Assembly: GCA_965205505.1 (NCBI GenBank)
Contig: CBDBHB010000008.1
Coordinates: 800,001-864,000, forward strand
DNA: 64,000 nucleotides
Source of the DNA: Acidobacteriota bacterium
GTDB lineage: Bacteria; Acidobacteriota; UBA890; WLXD01
Direction: 5' to 3'
Part shown: positions 1-10,795 of the stretch, piece by piece
Layout: the number at the start of each line of letters is the position of its first letter
How positions within the stretch are numbered: position 1 is the stretch's first letter
Notes under the pieces: model-generated
Seen by the model: only the letters and a program-made list of their open reading frames with translations
Told to the model about the DNA's origin: nothing
Databases searched by the model: none
Position numbers and translations under genes: made by a program

Positions 1-174
1 CGCCGGGAACAGCACCCGCTCACCGGAGGCATCGAGCGGCAGGCCATGATCGAGCAAACGCTGCCGCATCGCCAAGCCCCGAATCTCCATGCCGGTCTCG
101 GCCAGAAACCGCTTGGCCTCGTCGAGGATCTGCGCGATGAGATCATCGCTCAAGATGTTCAGCGTGGGACGCAT
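1..174 (-). CDS. Trimethylamine methyltransferase (MttB) family protein, N-terminal part; runs off the window
   Basis: Manual translation from ATG at 174: MRPTLNILSDDLIAQILDEAKRFLAETGMEIRG...GERVLFP, resembling MttB-family N-termini. Confidence 0.6.
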   Translation of the reverse strand, partial: MRPTLNILSDDLIAQILDEAKRFLAETGMEIRGLAMRQRLLDHGLPLDASGERVLFPA

Positions 175-225
175 TGATCTATCTCCCGGCACTTCACCGA
201 CGGTGGGCCGCCGCTAAGCCTACCG

Positions 226-1566
226 GTGCCCACGCGTGACGGCAACGTCGGCTCTGCTAAGCTGTTGCGGTTGAGATCTTCTGCCGAACCGAACTCGAAT
301 CGAACCCTGCTGGCGCGCGCCACGCTGCTCCCGGCGCTGCTGCTCGCATCGCTGGTGGCAGCGGCCGCGACGCACGCTGTACAGCAGGATGCCGACGCCT
401 GGCCGCAGCTCCTCGGGCCCCGGCGCGACGGAACCGCCCCCGCAACCCGGGTCGCCGTGTGGCCGGAGGGCGGGCCGCAGGTGCTCTGGAGGCGCGACGT
501 AGGCGAGGGCTTCGCGGGTCCGTCGGTGGCGGCTGAACAGCTGTTCCTGTTTCACCGCGTCGCAGATGAGGAATTGCTGGAATCTCTCGATCTGGCTACA
601 GGCGCAACCAACTGGAGAACTTCATACGCCACCGACTATCGGGACGACTTCGGCTTCGACGAAGGGCCCCGGGCGACACCCACCGTGGCGCAGGGGCGAG
701 TGTTCACACTGGGCGCCCAAGGCGAGCTTCAGGCGGTCGATCTGACCACCGGCCGGCGGCTGTGGTCAGTCGGTACGCACGCACGCTTCGGAGTTCGCAA
801 AGGGTTCTTCGGCGCCGCGTCGGCGCCGTTGGTCGACGGCGATCACGTCATGGTCAACGTAGGTGGCCCCGGCGCCGGAATCGTCGCGTTCGATGCTGCC
901 AGCGGCGAGGTCCTCTGGGCAGCTACGGATCACGAAGCCAGCTACTCGGCGCCCGTGACTGCGGATCTCGGGGGGCGCCACAGCGCGCTGTTCTTCACCC
1001 GCAACGGCCTCGTCGAGATCGACCCGGCGAGCGGCCAGGTGCGCGCCGACTACCCATGGCGCTCACGCTCGCGATCATCGGTGAATGCCGCGAGTCCCCT
1101 CGTAATCGGTGATCGCGTGTACCTCTCTGCTAGCTACGGCACCGGTGCTGTGCTCCTCGAGCGTAGCGCTGTGGGTTTCATGCCGGTGTGGTCGTCAGAC
1201 GACGTCCTGACGAATCACTATGCCACCAGCATCCATCACCGCGGCTACCTCTATGGCTTCCACGGTCGCCAGGAGTACGGGCAGTCGCTACGTGCCGTCG
1301 AGTTGAGCACCGGAAAGGTAGCCTGGGAGGTCGAGCGCTTCGGTGCCGGCACCCTGCTGCTTGTCGGCGACCGGCTGCTCATCCTGCGTGAACGTGGCGA
1401 GCTGGTGCTGGCCGAGGCTACGCCGGAAGCGTTTCGGCCCTTGGCTAGCGCTCGCATCCTCGATGGAACGACACGGGCCTATCCGGCACTGGCGAACAAC
1501 CTGCTGTTCGCCCGAAACGGGAGTGAGCTCATCGCAGTCGAGCTTCCCTCTCCCCCTTCGAGCTAG
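226..1566 (+). CDS. Secreted PQQ-like beta-propeller protein (BamB-like)
   Basis: WPQLLGPRRDG N-terminal motif, repeated 'D..TG..LW' blades, GPRATP; the true start may be downstream. Confidence 0.85.
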   Translation: MPTRDGNVGSAKLLRLRSSAEPNSNRTLLARATLLPALLLASLVAAAATHAVQQDADAWPQLLGPRRDGTAPATRVAVWPEGGPQVLWRRDVGEGFAGPSVAAEQLFLFHRVADEELLESLDLATGATNWRTSYATDYRDDFGFDEGPRATPTVAQGRVFTLGAQGELQAVDLTTGRRLWSVGTHARFGVRKGFFGAASAPLVDGDHVMVNVGGPGAGIVAFDAASGEVLWAATDHEASYSAPVTADLGGRHSALFFTRNGLVEIDPASGQVRADYPWRSRSRSSVNAASPLVIGDRVYLSASYGTGAVLLERSAVGFMPVWSSDDVLTNHYATSIHHRGYLYGFHGRQEYGQSLRAVELSTGKVAWEVERFGAGTLLLVGDRLLILRERGELVLAEATPEAFRPLASARILDGTTRAYPALANNLLFARNGSELIAVELPSPPSS

Positions 1567-1629
1567 CAGGACACAACAAAGCTGCGCACCAGCCGGAGCC
1601 GGACGGCTCCTTCCGGTACACGGGCAACG

Positions 1630-2334
1630 TTACTCACCTAGTGGCCTGCGGAACTTCAGCGCGAAACGGTCGATTGTCCAGCGGCTGCCCCGGAAGCTCT
1701 GGTCGAAGTCGTCGTCAGGATTGGCGTACATCTCCGAGCGCTCTACCAGCTCGAACCCGGCCGCGGTCAGAACGTCGACCACATGCTGCTCGTTGATACG
1801 GTGGGTGCTGTCGTCGAAGCCTTCCTTCGGTGTTCGCGCATCGACAACGCCGAAGATCCCGCCCGGCTTGAGCGCGGCGAGATACGACGCATAGACCGGA
1901 CCGGTGTCGCCACGGTTCTCGATGTCGTGGATGTTCCGAACCGTGATCATCACGTCCACGCTCCCCGCCATTACGTCGGCGAAGTCCGTGAACACCTCCA
2001 CGTTTGACAGGCCAGCGGCCTCGACGCGCTCCGCAGTGCTGCCGCGACGGTCGGGACCAGCCAGTACCTGCCCGTGCTCCACTATCAGCGACAGCACATG
2101 GGTGTTGTAGCCACCTCCTGGCATCAGATCGACGACCGTCATGTCGGGCTCGACGCCAAAGAACTCGTAGAGCTCCAGAGGCTTGCTGCCGGAATCACGC
2201 TCGCGGTCTGCGTCGCTTCGCAGCGGGTCATCGAGAGCGCTCTGGCCTTGCGCCAGCCCGAGCGTCGCAGCGACGGCAAGTGCCACTACAGCGACCGTCG
2301 GCGAATGAAACTGTATACGGCTCTTCCAGAACAT
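1630..2334 (-). CDS. Exported class I SAM-dependent methyltransferase-like protein
   Basis: Signal peptide, RSDADRERD..KP, VVDLMPGGGY, LKPGG motifs. Confidence 0.85.
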   Translation of the reverse strand: MFWKSRIQFHSPTVAVVALAVAATLGLAQGQSALDDPLRSDADRERDSGSKPLELYEFFGVEPDMTVVDLMPGGGYNTHVLSLIVEHGQVLAGPDRRGSTAERVEAAGLSNVEVFTDFADVMAGSVDVMITVRNIHDIENRGDTGPVYASYLAALKPGGIFGVVDARTPKEGFDDSTHRINEQHVVDVLTAAGFELVERSEMYANPDDDFDQSFRGSRWTIDRFALKFRRPLGE

Positions 2335-2518
2335 TGCATCTGCTCCACTACGATGGGGATCGATCGAACGAGCCTATCTATCCCACACATGACATACAAC
2401 GCCAAGCGAGACCATGTGGCGGGCGACGGCGCATCGTTCACGGCGTGGCGCTGAGGCGGGCATCCAGACGCCGGAGGCGGCCGGCATCGCGCGCTCATCC
2501 AGCACGGTGGGTTTGCGC

Positions 2519-4687
2519 CTACTCGCCGATACCCCAGACGTGCCCGAGCGTGCGCACGATGAGCATCCCTTCGGTGATCGCGGGTGTGGCCCAGATCACT
2601 TCGTTCATCTCGTTGCTCGCCAGCAGCTCGTACTCCGCCCCCGCACGCACCACGTGTACGGTGCCGTCCTCGCTTGAGAAGTACAGTAGCCCGTCTGCAG
2701 CCACCGGCGAAGCGACGTAGGAACTGCCCACGCCCGCGATACGGCTGCGGTAAAGCATCTCGCCGGTGACCGCATCGTAGGCACTGAGACGACCGTTGTT
2801 GGCGTTGGTGTAGAGGATGCCGCGGTACAGCATCGGCGAGGGTATGTAGGTGCCACCGCGATTCTTGCTCCAGGCAATGTTCTCGTTGGTGTCGGAGTCG
2901 CCGCGGAGCGAGATGTCACCGCTGCCGCCGGGTCGAATGGCGTAGATCGGGCGCACCGGGGGATACCCGGCGGTGACGTATACGAGGCCGGGTCCGGTGA
3001 TCGGGGTGGCGACCACGATCTCGGAATTGGGCCCTAGCGACCACAGCTCTTCGCCGTTCCGCGGGTCGTATCCGCGAATTGTGGTGCCGTTGGTGATGAG
3101 CTCGTCGCGAGGTTGGCCGCGGTAGAGCGCCGGCGAGCCCCATGTCGAGATCTCGTCGCGCTGGGTTCTCCAGACCTCCTCGCCGGTAACGATGTCGAAC
3201 GCCGCCAGGAAGGACTACTGCTGCACGTCTGCTTGCACGATCACGGTGCCCTCGTACAGCACCGGTGAGCTGGCGTGACCCCACTGGTAGTCCGGGTCGT
3301 AGAACCAGCCGGAGTCGAGCGCGCCGAGGTCTCGCTCCCAGTCGCGGTTGCCGTCCATGCTGTAGGCGACGAGCTTGCCGACGCTACCGAACAGCACCAC
3401 CACGTGCTCGCCGTCGGTAACCGGTGTGCTGTTGGCCTGGCTGGCCTTGGGGTGACGCTTGACGCTGGGTAGGCCTTCGTGCGTGAGGTCTTCCCACAGG
3501 ACGCGACCGCTGAGCCTGTCGAGGCAGTAGGTCTTGAACTCGTGCGCTGACAGATCGTCGACCGGCGTCACGTCACCGTACAGACCGGTGCGCACGGTGT
3601 CGTCGCCGCTGCTGCTGACCGCGGTGGTAACGAACACGCGGTCGCCCCAGACGATCGGGCTGGAGTTGGCGACACCAGGAACCGGCGTCTTCCAGCGCAC
3701 GTTCGCCCCCCTCGCGACGTCCCACCTCAGCGGGGGGCCGTGGCCGTCGCCGATCCCCGATGCTCCGGGGCCGCGAAACGACGGCCACTGTCCACTGGAA
3801 GTTACTCCCGGATCCCCGCCGATGTCGGCTACGACCGGCGGCGCTGCGGCGGGCCGCCGGCCGCCTCGCATCAAGTCCGCCTCGTCCGGGTCCACGGGCT
3901 GCATCCCGAGGTCGCGCTCGCCAACCTGGAGCCGCGCGAACTCCACCACGCCGGCGCGTCCTCCGAAGCTCAGGGTGGTGGAGCCGTCGGCGCTGTCGAA
4001 CCTATCCGGCCCAGTAGCGGCGACCACGATCTCGCTGCCGTCGCTCGAGTTGACAGCAAGTCCTGAGCCACGCACCGCCACTTCAACGATGACGCCGGCG
4101 TCTTCGTCGCGGTACATCCCCACGTAGCGCTCGAGCTTCTCGGCGATGATCTCGAAGTCGCTGTCGGGCTGTGGATCGAACACCGCCGCGGCGCGTAGTG
4201 CCGCGACCGTCTCGGTGCGCTCCAGCTGCACCGCCAGCTCGACGGCGCGATCGCGTTCGGTGCGCGGCAACGGGCCGGCCGCGATCGCCACCGCCTCGAG
4301 TACCGCATCGTCGTTCTGGATGGCATTCAAGAGGGCTTCGACAGCGCCGTCGGCGCTGTGTTTGAGTAGCAATTCGGCGACGTCGGCGTGACCGTTCGAC
4401 AGCGCCCATCCCAGCGGGCTCGCACCGTAGAAGCTGTCACTACGATCGGGATCCGCGCCTCGTGCCAGCAGCAGGCGCACGATCTCGACGTTGCCGCGAT
4501 CGGCAGCGAAGAACAGCGCCGTCGATCCGTACTCGTTCACCGCGTCGACCGGCACGCCGGCCTCGAGCAGCTCGAGAACGCGCTCGATGGCGCCGTCACG
4601 CGCGGCGGCGTGCAGCGCCTCGACATCCTGGGGCGCTGTCAGCCACCCCGGGACCAGGGCGAGCAACAGCAAGGTGCGAGCCAGCAT
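2519..4687 (-). pseudogene. Ankyrin-repeat plus PQQ-like beta-propeller protein interrupted by one in-frame TAG at 3215-3217
   Basis: ORFs 3215..4711 and 2519..3016 share a frame; the sequence reads VQADVQQ*SFLAAFDIVTGEEVWR with no other stop; ankyrin motifs LHAAA, TALFFAA; WPSFRG propeller start. Confidence 0.8.
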
Positions 4688-4915
4688 TCCGTACTCCCCG
4701 CAAATCGACATTGGGTGGTCGGCTTCCGATCGTTCCGCGAACTTGTGACGGCATCAGGCCAGGCGGATCTCCTCCTACTCCTCCAGGCTTAACGGCCAGT
4801 CCTTCTTGACTGGGATTTCCCGAATGACCTTTGTCGAGTCACGTTCTTGGGTTTTTGTCGGTGCCAGCAGGCCAGGATTCACACACATGTCCACAGTCTT
4901 GTCGAGAGGTCCTCG

Positions 4916-4968
4916 TCTCGCGTGGTGAGAGCCGATCTATTCCGCTAGGCTGAGCAGCCTTTGCGGAG
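4916..4968. repeat. Repeat A copy 1 (structured intergenic repeat)
   Basis: 53 bp with one mismatch to 9997-10049. Confidence 0.95.
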
Positions 4969-5028
4969 GTAGCAACATGGACATCATGCCGATGGCTGCG
5001 ATGGGACGTTCCCTTTGTTGTTAGTGCG

Positions 5029-5532
5029 TTGAGTCGAATCCTAGCAACCGTAACGTGCTGCTTCGCGGCAATCTGCGGCGCCCCAGCCGAAGAGTTCGAC
5101 CCTGTACGCATCGACCGCTTCGAGCACGAGATTAGGCAGTGGTGTCCTGACGGCGAGAATGTAGATATCGTCGACCAACTGTACTTTTTCGCCTGGTGCG
5201 ACGACGGATGGCCAGCCGACCTTTTCACTATCTACCTGAGGAACGACACCCTCAGCGACTTCCACGGATCGATCGCGCTGGAGTACTACGACGAGGAGGG
5301 CTACCGCGTCGACGGAGATACTCTCTCGTCCGTCATCAATAGTCATGACGATCCGAGGTTCATGTCCGGATTTCCGTGGGAGTGGGTAGAGGTAGTGGTG
5401 CCGGCACGCGAAAGAAACATCATTCAGATAATGACAATCACTGACGAAGAGACCGGAGAGACCGCGGACGAGTACATGGCGCGCAAGGGCTACGCATCCT
5501 GGGGCCTCCGGTTGAGATCGGACGAACTATGA
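5029..5532 (+). CDS. Hypothetical secreted acidic protein
   Basis: 167 aa ORF with a signal-like N-terminus; its stop overlaps the ATG of repeat B. Confidence 0.6.
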   Translation: MSRILATVTCCFAAICGAPAEEFDPVRIDRFEHEIRQWCPDGENVDIVDQLYFFAWCDDGWPADLFTIYLRNDTLSDFHGSIALEYYDEEGYRVDGDTLSSVINSHDDPRFMSGFPWEWVEVVVPARERNIIQIMTITDEETGETADEYMARKGYASWGLRLRSDEL

Positions 5533-5560
5533 CCCCGACCACCTACCGAGCCCTCTGCCC
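5529..5560 (+). repeat. Repeat B copy 1 (MTPTTY start module)
   Basis: atgaccccgaccacctaccgagccctctgccc; related copies at 10197, 14081 and 15179. Confidence 0.85.
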
Positions 5561-5730
5561 GGGAGCCACGTGACCGACGACGAAGCAGGCCAGAAGCCCG
5601 AGCGCCTTCTGAACACGAACGACCATGGCTCCAGTTCTACTCGCGGAGGTCGTGCATCTGGGCGCTCGCCGCCCCATTGGCGTCGGTGTGTGGCTATCAA
5701 CGAGCGACGCAATCTACGATATTTAGTCTT

Positions 5731-5838
5731 TGACTATCTATTAAGAGATTGTGCTATCTATTAAGATCTTGTACTATCTATCTATAGTTTATAATATATG
5801 TTTCGCGATTTTTAGATAGTCAGATAATCTCTTAATAG
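5731..5838 (+). promoter_or_regulatory. AT-rich promoter region with phased direct and inverted repeats
   Basis: CTATCTA at 5734, 5754 and 5774; TATAAT at 5790; reverse-complement copies at 5813-5822 and 5826-5838. Confidence 0.65.
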
Positions 5839-5844
5839 GATCTA

Positions 5845-6954
5845 ATGAGCCAAGCTATCTCTCATGCAGTCCTGATCGTCGATGACGATGCAGCTATCTG
5901 CAAGATCGTGAGCCGGACGCTCGAGGCGAACGGCTACCGCTGCGTGGTTGCCGACTCCGCCGAAGGCGCGCTCGAGTTGTTGGATCACGACGGGTTCTCG
6001 CTCGTGATCTGTGACGTCCTCATGCCGGGCTTGTCGGGGCTGGAGTTCCTGGAGCGGATTCGCTACCGCTTCCGCGAGGCGCTTCCCGTGATCATGATGA
6101 CGGGGATGGCCGACAAAAAGACCGTCGACGAGATCATCGAGAGGGGCGCGTACAACTATCTGCACAAGCCTCTGGACCTGCACGCCCTCGCGGTCAACGT
6201 GAAGCTTGCCCTCAAGCAGCGGCAGTTCAGCTTGCAGGCCGTGCGCTCCCAGAGTGCCCTCGCCGAGAAAGTTCAGGTGGCGCAGGAGGAGATCGGCTGG
6301 CGGCTGCTGCGGGCGGCGGAGTGGCGCGACGAGGCGACGGGCGCGCACGTTCAACGCGTGGGATTGGGCTCGCAGATGATGGCGCAGAAGCTCGGATGGG
6401 AGCCCCGCGCCGTCTCGGACATGAAGCTCGCGGCTGCCATGCACGACATCGGCAAGATCGGGGTTCCAGACCGGATCCTGCTGAAGCCGGGGCGGCTGAC
6501 GCGAGAGGAGTTCGAGGTCGTCAAGAGCCACACCGAGATCGGGCACAGTATTCTCGGCGGTGCCAGCTCCTCGCTGCTGATGCTAGCTGCCGAGATTGCC
6601 CTGTCGCACCATGAGAAGTGGGACGGCTCGGGGTATCCGAGGGGACTGGTGGGCGAGGAGATTCCGGAGTCCGGCCGGATCGTCGCGATCATCGATGTTT
6701 ACGACGCCCTCATTTCCGACCGTTCCTACCGCAAGGCGTTCGCTGAGGAGAAGGCCATCGAGAGTATGAGCGGATACTCAGGACAGTACTTCGACCCGTC
6801 GCTATTCGGCGTGTTTCTGGGGATCCTGCCGGAGTTTCGGGCACACAGGGCCAACGGCCGGCTGTTTTTGACGTCTCCGAGCCTAGCGCGCCCCGAGCCG
6901 AGCCCACCGCCCGAGGAACACGATGTGGCCGCAGGGCTGGGCCGGGTCGCCTGA
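5845..6954 (+). CDS. Response regulator with HD-GYP phosphodiesterase domain (RpfG-like)
   Basis: REC domain (LIVDDD, DVLMPG), HDIGKIG, HHEKWDGSGYP. Confidence 0.93.
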   Translation: MSQAISHAVLIVDDDAAICKIVSRTLEANGYRCVVADSAEGALELLDHDGFSLVICDVLMPGLSGLEFLERIRYRFREALPVIMMTGMADKKTVDEIIERGAYNYLHKPLDLHALAVNVKLALKQRQFSLQAVRSQSALAEKVQVAQEEIGWRLLRAAEWRDEATGAHVQRVGLGSQMMAQKLGWEPRAVSDMKLAAAMHDIGKIGVPDRILLKPGRLTREEFEVVKSHTEIGHSILGGASSSLLMLAAEIALSHHEKWDGSGYPRGLVGEEIPESGRIVAIIDVYDALISDRSYRKAFAEEKAIESMSGYSGQYFDPSLFGVFLGILPEFRAHRANGRLFLTSPSLARPEPSPPPEEHDVAAGLGRVA

Positions 6955-7047
6955 ACCCTGCGGTTGGGTGATCGGGATCGGCAGAAAAGACTGATCGTTT
7001 TCAGCCGAAGGGCGCGATCGGAATCAGCCGCGACATACGCAGGGCTG

Positions 7048-9647
7048 TCACGCTGCCTCGAGCGCCTGCCTGACGGTCTGGGCCAGCTTCTCAGGCGTGA
7101 AAGGCTTCTCGAGAAGGGGCACATCGAGATTCAGGGCGCCGTATCCGCTGATGGCCCGCTCGGAGTACCCAGTCATCAACACGACTTTCAATCTAGGCAT
7201 CGCTTGCACCATCTCCTGGTACATCGCGATGCCATCCTGGCCCGGCATGACGATGTCGGTCACGAGAAGGTCCAACTCGGGATGAACGGCCTGTAATTCG
7301 TGCGCCTCCGCCGGGCTGGAGGCCACATGTACCGAATACCCCTTTTCGATCAACACTCGCTCCGCGACGTTGCGCACTATCTCGTCATCCTCGACGAGCA
7401 GGACCGTCTCAGATCCGGCCGGCGCCAATCCTTCTTCGGGATCAACATTCGCGTTGACTGCTTGGTCGGCGCGCGGCAGGTAGATCGTGAAGGTAGAGCC
7501 TTTGCCGGGGGCAGATGTGACCGTGATGTTTCCCCCATGCTGTTTGACTATGCCGTAAGCCGTCGACAGCCCAAGCCCCGTCCCTTCGCCAACTGCCTTG
7601 GTGGTGAAGAACGGATCGAAGATTCGTTCCTTTACATGGCGGTCCATCCCGCAACCTGTGTCGGTGACCTTGATTATGGTGTAATGGTCGGAACTCAGCT
7701 CGCAGGCAACGGACGTTCCTTCGTCGAGGGCCACGCTCTCCGTCTCGATCCGCAGCTTTCCGCCGCTCGGCATGGCATCGCGGGCATTGACAACTAGGTT
7801 CAACAGCACCTGCTCGAGTTGGCCACAGTCAGCTAGAACGGTTCCAACATCTCCGCTTACAGTGATTTCCAGTTCGATGTTTCGGGGATCACTCGCCGCA
7901 GCAGGCTCGTGAGTTCTTCGATCACGACGCCCACGCGCACCGGAACCGGCTGCATGACTTGTTGGCGAGTAAACGCCAGAAGTTGCCGCGTCAGCGCCGC
8001 AGCCCGGTCAGCACCCGCACTGGCCTTGCGAAGATCTTGGGCGATCGTACTGTCTTCCGGGAGATCGGAAATCGCGAATTGTACAAAGCCAGTGATGCCG
8101 GTCAGCAGATTGTTGAAGTCATGAGCGACTCCGGCCGCGAGCTGCCCCACGGCTTCCATTTTCTGGGACTGGCGGTAGCGTGCTTCCATCCGCTTGCGAT
8201 CGGTGATGTCGCGGAATATCCCGTGGTACGCGAAAACTCGGCCGTCTGCGTCGTTCAACATCGTCGCCGTCTCCAAGCAGTCGAGTTCAGCTCCATCTTT
8301 CGTGCGCAGCTTGATCTCGAACTCCCTGACGGATCCTCGTTCCGCAATCGCATCGAGGAACCGGGTGCGTCTGAGCGGGTCGACGTACAGGTCGGATCCG
8401 GTCATCAGCATGATCTCGTCGCGCCGGTAGCCGGTCATCTCGAGCATGGCATCGTTGAGGTGGGCGAACTCGTCGCTGTCGTTGGTGACGTAGATCGCGT
8501 CCCGGCACTGGTCGAAGAGAGTCCGGTATCTCCGGTCGCTTCTCCCTTGCGCGACCTGGGCGTGCCGGCGCTCGGTCTCGAGCAGTTTCTGTTGAACTTG
8601 CGCCAAGGCGCTGAGGATGATCAGGAACACAACAACGCACGCCGCGCGCAGCGGCTCGAAAGAGACATCCAGAAAGCCCGCCAGGTAGACACTGAGGTGA
8701 ACGGCGGGCAAGGCGGTTGCGTAAAGCACCAAGGGGGCCTTGAACTGAGGTTGCTGAGGCGACGGGCTCAGCTCACCGCCTCGCACATGGTCTTGCCCAT
8801 TCCCCGGCAGCGCGTATCGGCTTATCCGTGCCGCCAGGACTATCGGCACGTAGGCGGCAAGACCGATCGGCACGTCCAACCTCAGGTCGATAAACCCCGC
8901 TGACGCGAGAAGCTGTACGAGATCGATCCCGGACCACATGCCGCAATAGGCTGCCAGCAGGCCATAAAGCAGCCTCCAGCGTGGCCTCCCACAGACGTTG
9001 CGAAGATGGAGAAGACTCGCCAGCAGTAGGATATCGAAGATCGTGTACATCATGGACGGCGATACCCAGGTGTCATACTCGTGGGCGTTCTGCGCGCTGG
9101 GAATGATGACGAAGTACATGAACAGGCCCAACGAGAAACTCAGGGTGCCGAGGATTTCGACCCGTTGACGAGAGGGGGCCGCACTCAACCGCGCCGGCAG
9201 GTGCGGGCTCCTGGAGATCGCCAGGAAGAACGCGGCGTAGAAGACCATCAGCAGACAGTCGGCAGCGATATCCCTGTGTATCGGCGATACGTCGAACAGG
9301 AGCAGTGGCACGAGTACGTAGATGATCTCGACCGCGCACCAGCAGCCGAAAGCCACGCCGAGCAACCTCCAGAACTGTCGCTCCCGCCGATGAGCGATCT
9401 TCCCCGACCGATAGACCAAGGCCACGACGCACAGGAGGCTCAGGCCAATATCTGCGTAATAGTCTGAGAAGTTCGCGAGCTGATCGCTGCCGACGATCGG
9501 CGTGAAGAACGGCACGGCGAGCAGGGCAAACACGACGACGGAGATTCGGATCCCCCAGTCGGCAACGAGCATGGCGCGCAGCCCGCGAGGCATGGTGCTC
9601 AGCCGACCTCCTTGCTCAGACGTCGGGCTTCCTTGCGTGGTTGGCAC
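7048..9647 (-). CDS. Membrane-bound PAS hybrid sensor histidine kinase with a 1-nt frameshift near 7881
   Basis: Multi-TM N-terminus, PAS, GVAHDFNNLL, then NLVVNARDAM, GTGLGL and REC in the next frame; adding one A to gaaac restores PENIELEI...QLEQVLLNL. Confidence 0.9.
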
Positions 9648-9689
9648 TGAATTCGCCTGCCAGTTGGGAATTCGCCATAGCTTGAAGTC

Positions 9690-9790
9690 ACACAGTATTG
9701 TTAATACATACTATAGACTCAATATAGATTGCTATACTTGTTATTACATATTAATAATTATCAAAAGTTACTTATGATCACTTTCAATCG
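9690..9790. promoter_or_regulatory. AT-rich upstream region of the histidine kinase
   Basis: Abrupt AT-rich tract directly upstream of the minus-strand kinase. Confidence 0.45.
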
Positions 9791-9972
9791 AGATCGACTA
9801 CTCCATGGGCGGTGGCATCATCCCCATCGCCTTGACCGCTGGGAGCTCACCGGCAACGACGATGAGATCCGCCAGCTGAGAGCAGTGATGTCCGCGTGCT
9901 GCCAGATACAAGCGAAGATCTTCTTCGCGGTGCTCCAACCATCCCGGGTGTGCCCCGTTGCGAAACCGCTGA

Positions 9973-10049
9973 CCCCCTCGCAAATCGCCCGGCTGCTCTC
10001 ACGTGGTGAGAGCCGATCTATTCCGCTAGGCTGAGCAGCCTTTGCGGAG
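9973..10049. repeat. Repeat A copy 2 (longest copy, 77 bp)
   Basis: ccccctcgcaaatcgcccggctgctctcacgtggtgagagccgatctattccgctaggctgagcagcctttgcggag. Confidence 0.95.
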
Positions 10050-10196
10050 ATCCGCCCCTTCCCGTTTGGTACCATCGTTCTAGCCCTCGTAGGGGTTAGA
10101 GCTCGCCGCGGTTTACGTCCCATGGCGCCCGCGGCGGGCTCGTCTATTTATGGGGAACCCGTGACCGGCGATCTGTACACCCGAGATTGAGCGACC

Positions 10197-10562
10197 ATGA
10201 CCCCGACCACCTACCAGATCCTCTACCCCGAGCGCCGTGCAGCCCAGTACATCGAGCAGCTAGTCAGGGCGAAGATGGACGAGACCGGCCTATCCCAGGC
10301 GTCACTGGCGCGCTCCTCTGGGATGGAGAACCCGCACCTCACGATGTACCAGAAAGGAGTCACCCACCCAGGCAAGACCAACCGTGCGCGGCTCGCCCGC
10401 CACTTCGGCGCCGACCTGGAGCTCCTCGAGGAGCTGATCACCGACGACAGGCTCGTGCGCTGGATGGCCAAGCATGGTAAATCGATACAGGAGACGGCGG
10501 CTTCGGTGTCGAGGTTGCGGAGGCTCCGGCGCGTCCCCGCGGGAAAGCGGAAGGTCGGGTAG
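10197..10562 (+). CDS. XRE/Cro-type HTH transcriptional regulator; begins with repeat B
   Basis: GLSQASLARSSGMENPHLTMYQKGVTHP helix-turn-helix pattern. Confidence 0.75.
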   Translation: MTPTTYQILYPERRAAQYIEQLVRAKMDETGLSQASLARSSGMENPHLTMYQKGVTHPGKTNRARLARHFGADLELLEELITDDRLVRWMAKHGKSIQETAASVSRLRRLRRVPAGKRKVG

Positions 10563-10566
10563 CGGG

Positions 10567-10790
10567 ATGCTGCCTGAAGGCGTCGACTGGGTCGCGACCG
10601 CGGCGTTCTGGAAGGAGATCGTGGTTGCCGGCGCCGCAGTCGCCGCTGCCTGCATCGCATACCTTGGGCTCGCGGCGTGGAAGAAACAGCTGCATGGCCG
10701 CAGTGGCTACGAGCTAGCCAGGCGGTTGCTGCGCGCTGTCTATTCGGTTCGCGACAGGATCGTCAGAGTACGAACCCCTCTAGAAGGAGA
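10567..10790 (+). pseudogene. Truncated single-TM hypothetical protein typical of mobile DNA
   Basis: TM segment, then GLAAWKKQLHGRSGYELARRLLRAVY..R; coding character is lost at the RBS of the next gene. Confidence 0.5.
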
Positions 10791-10795
10791 TCCCG

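Noticed and set aside
9973-10049. Repeat A (minus strand) as a c-di-GMP-I riboswitch because of CGCAAAG...GCCUA near an HD-GYP gene
   Set aside because: No P1 stem with GNRA tetraloop upstream in any copy
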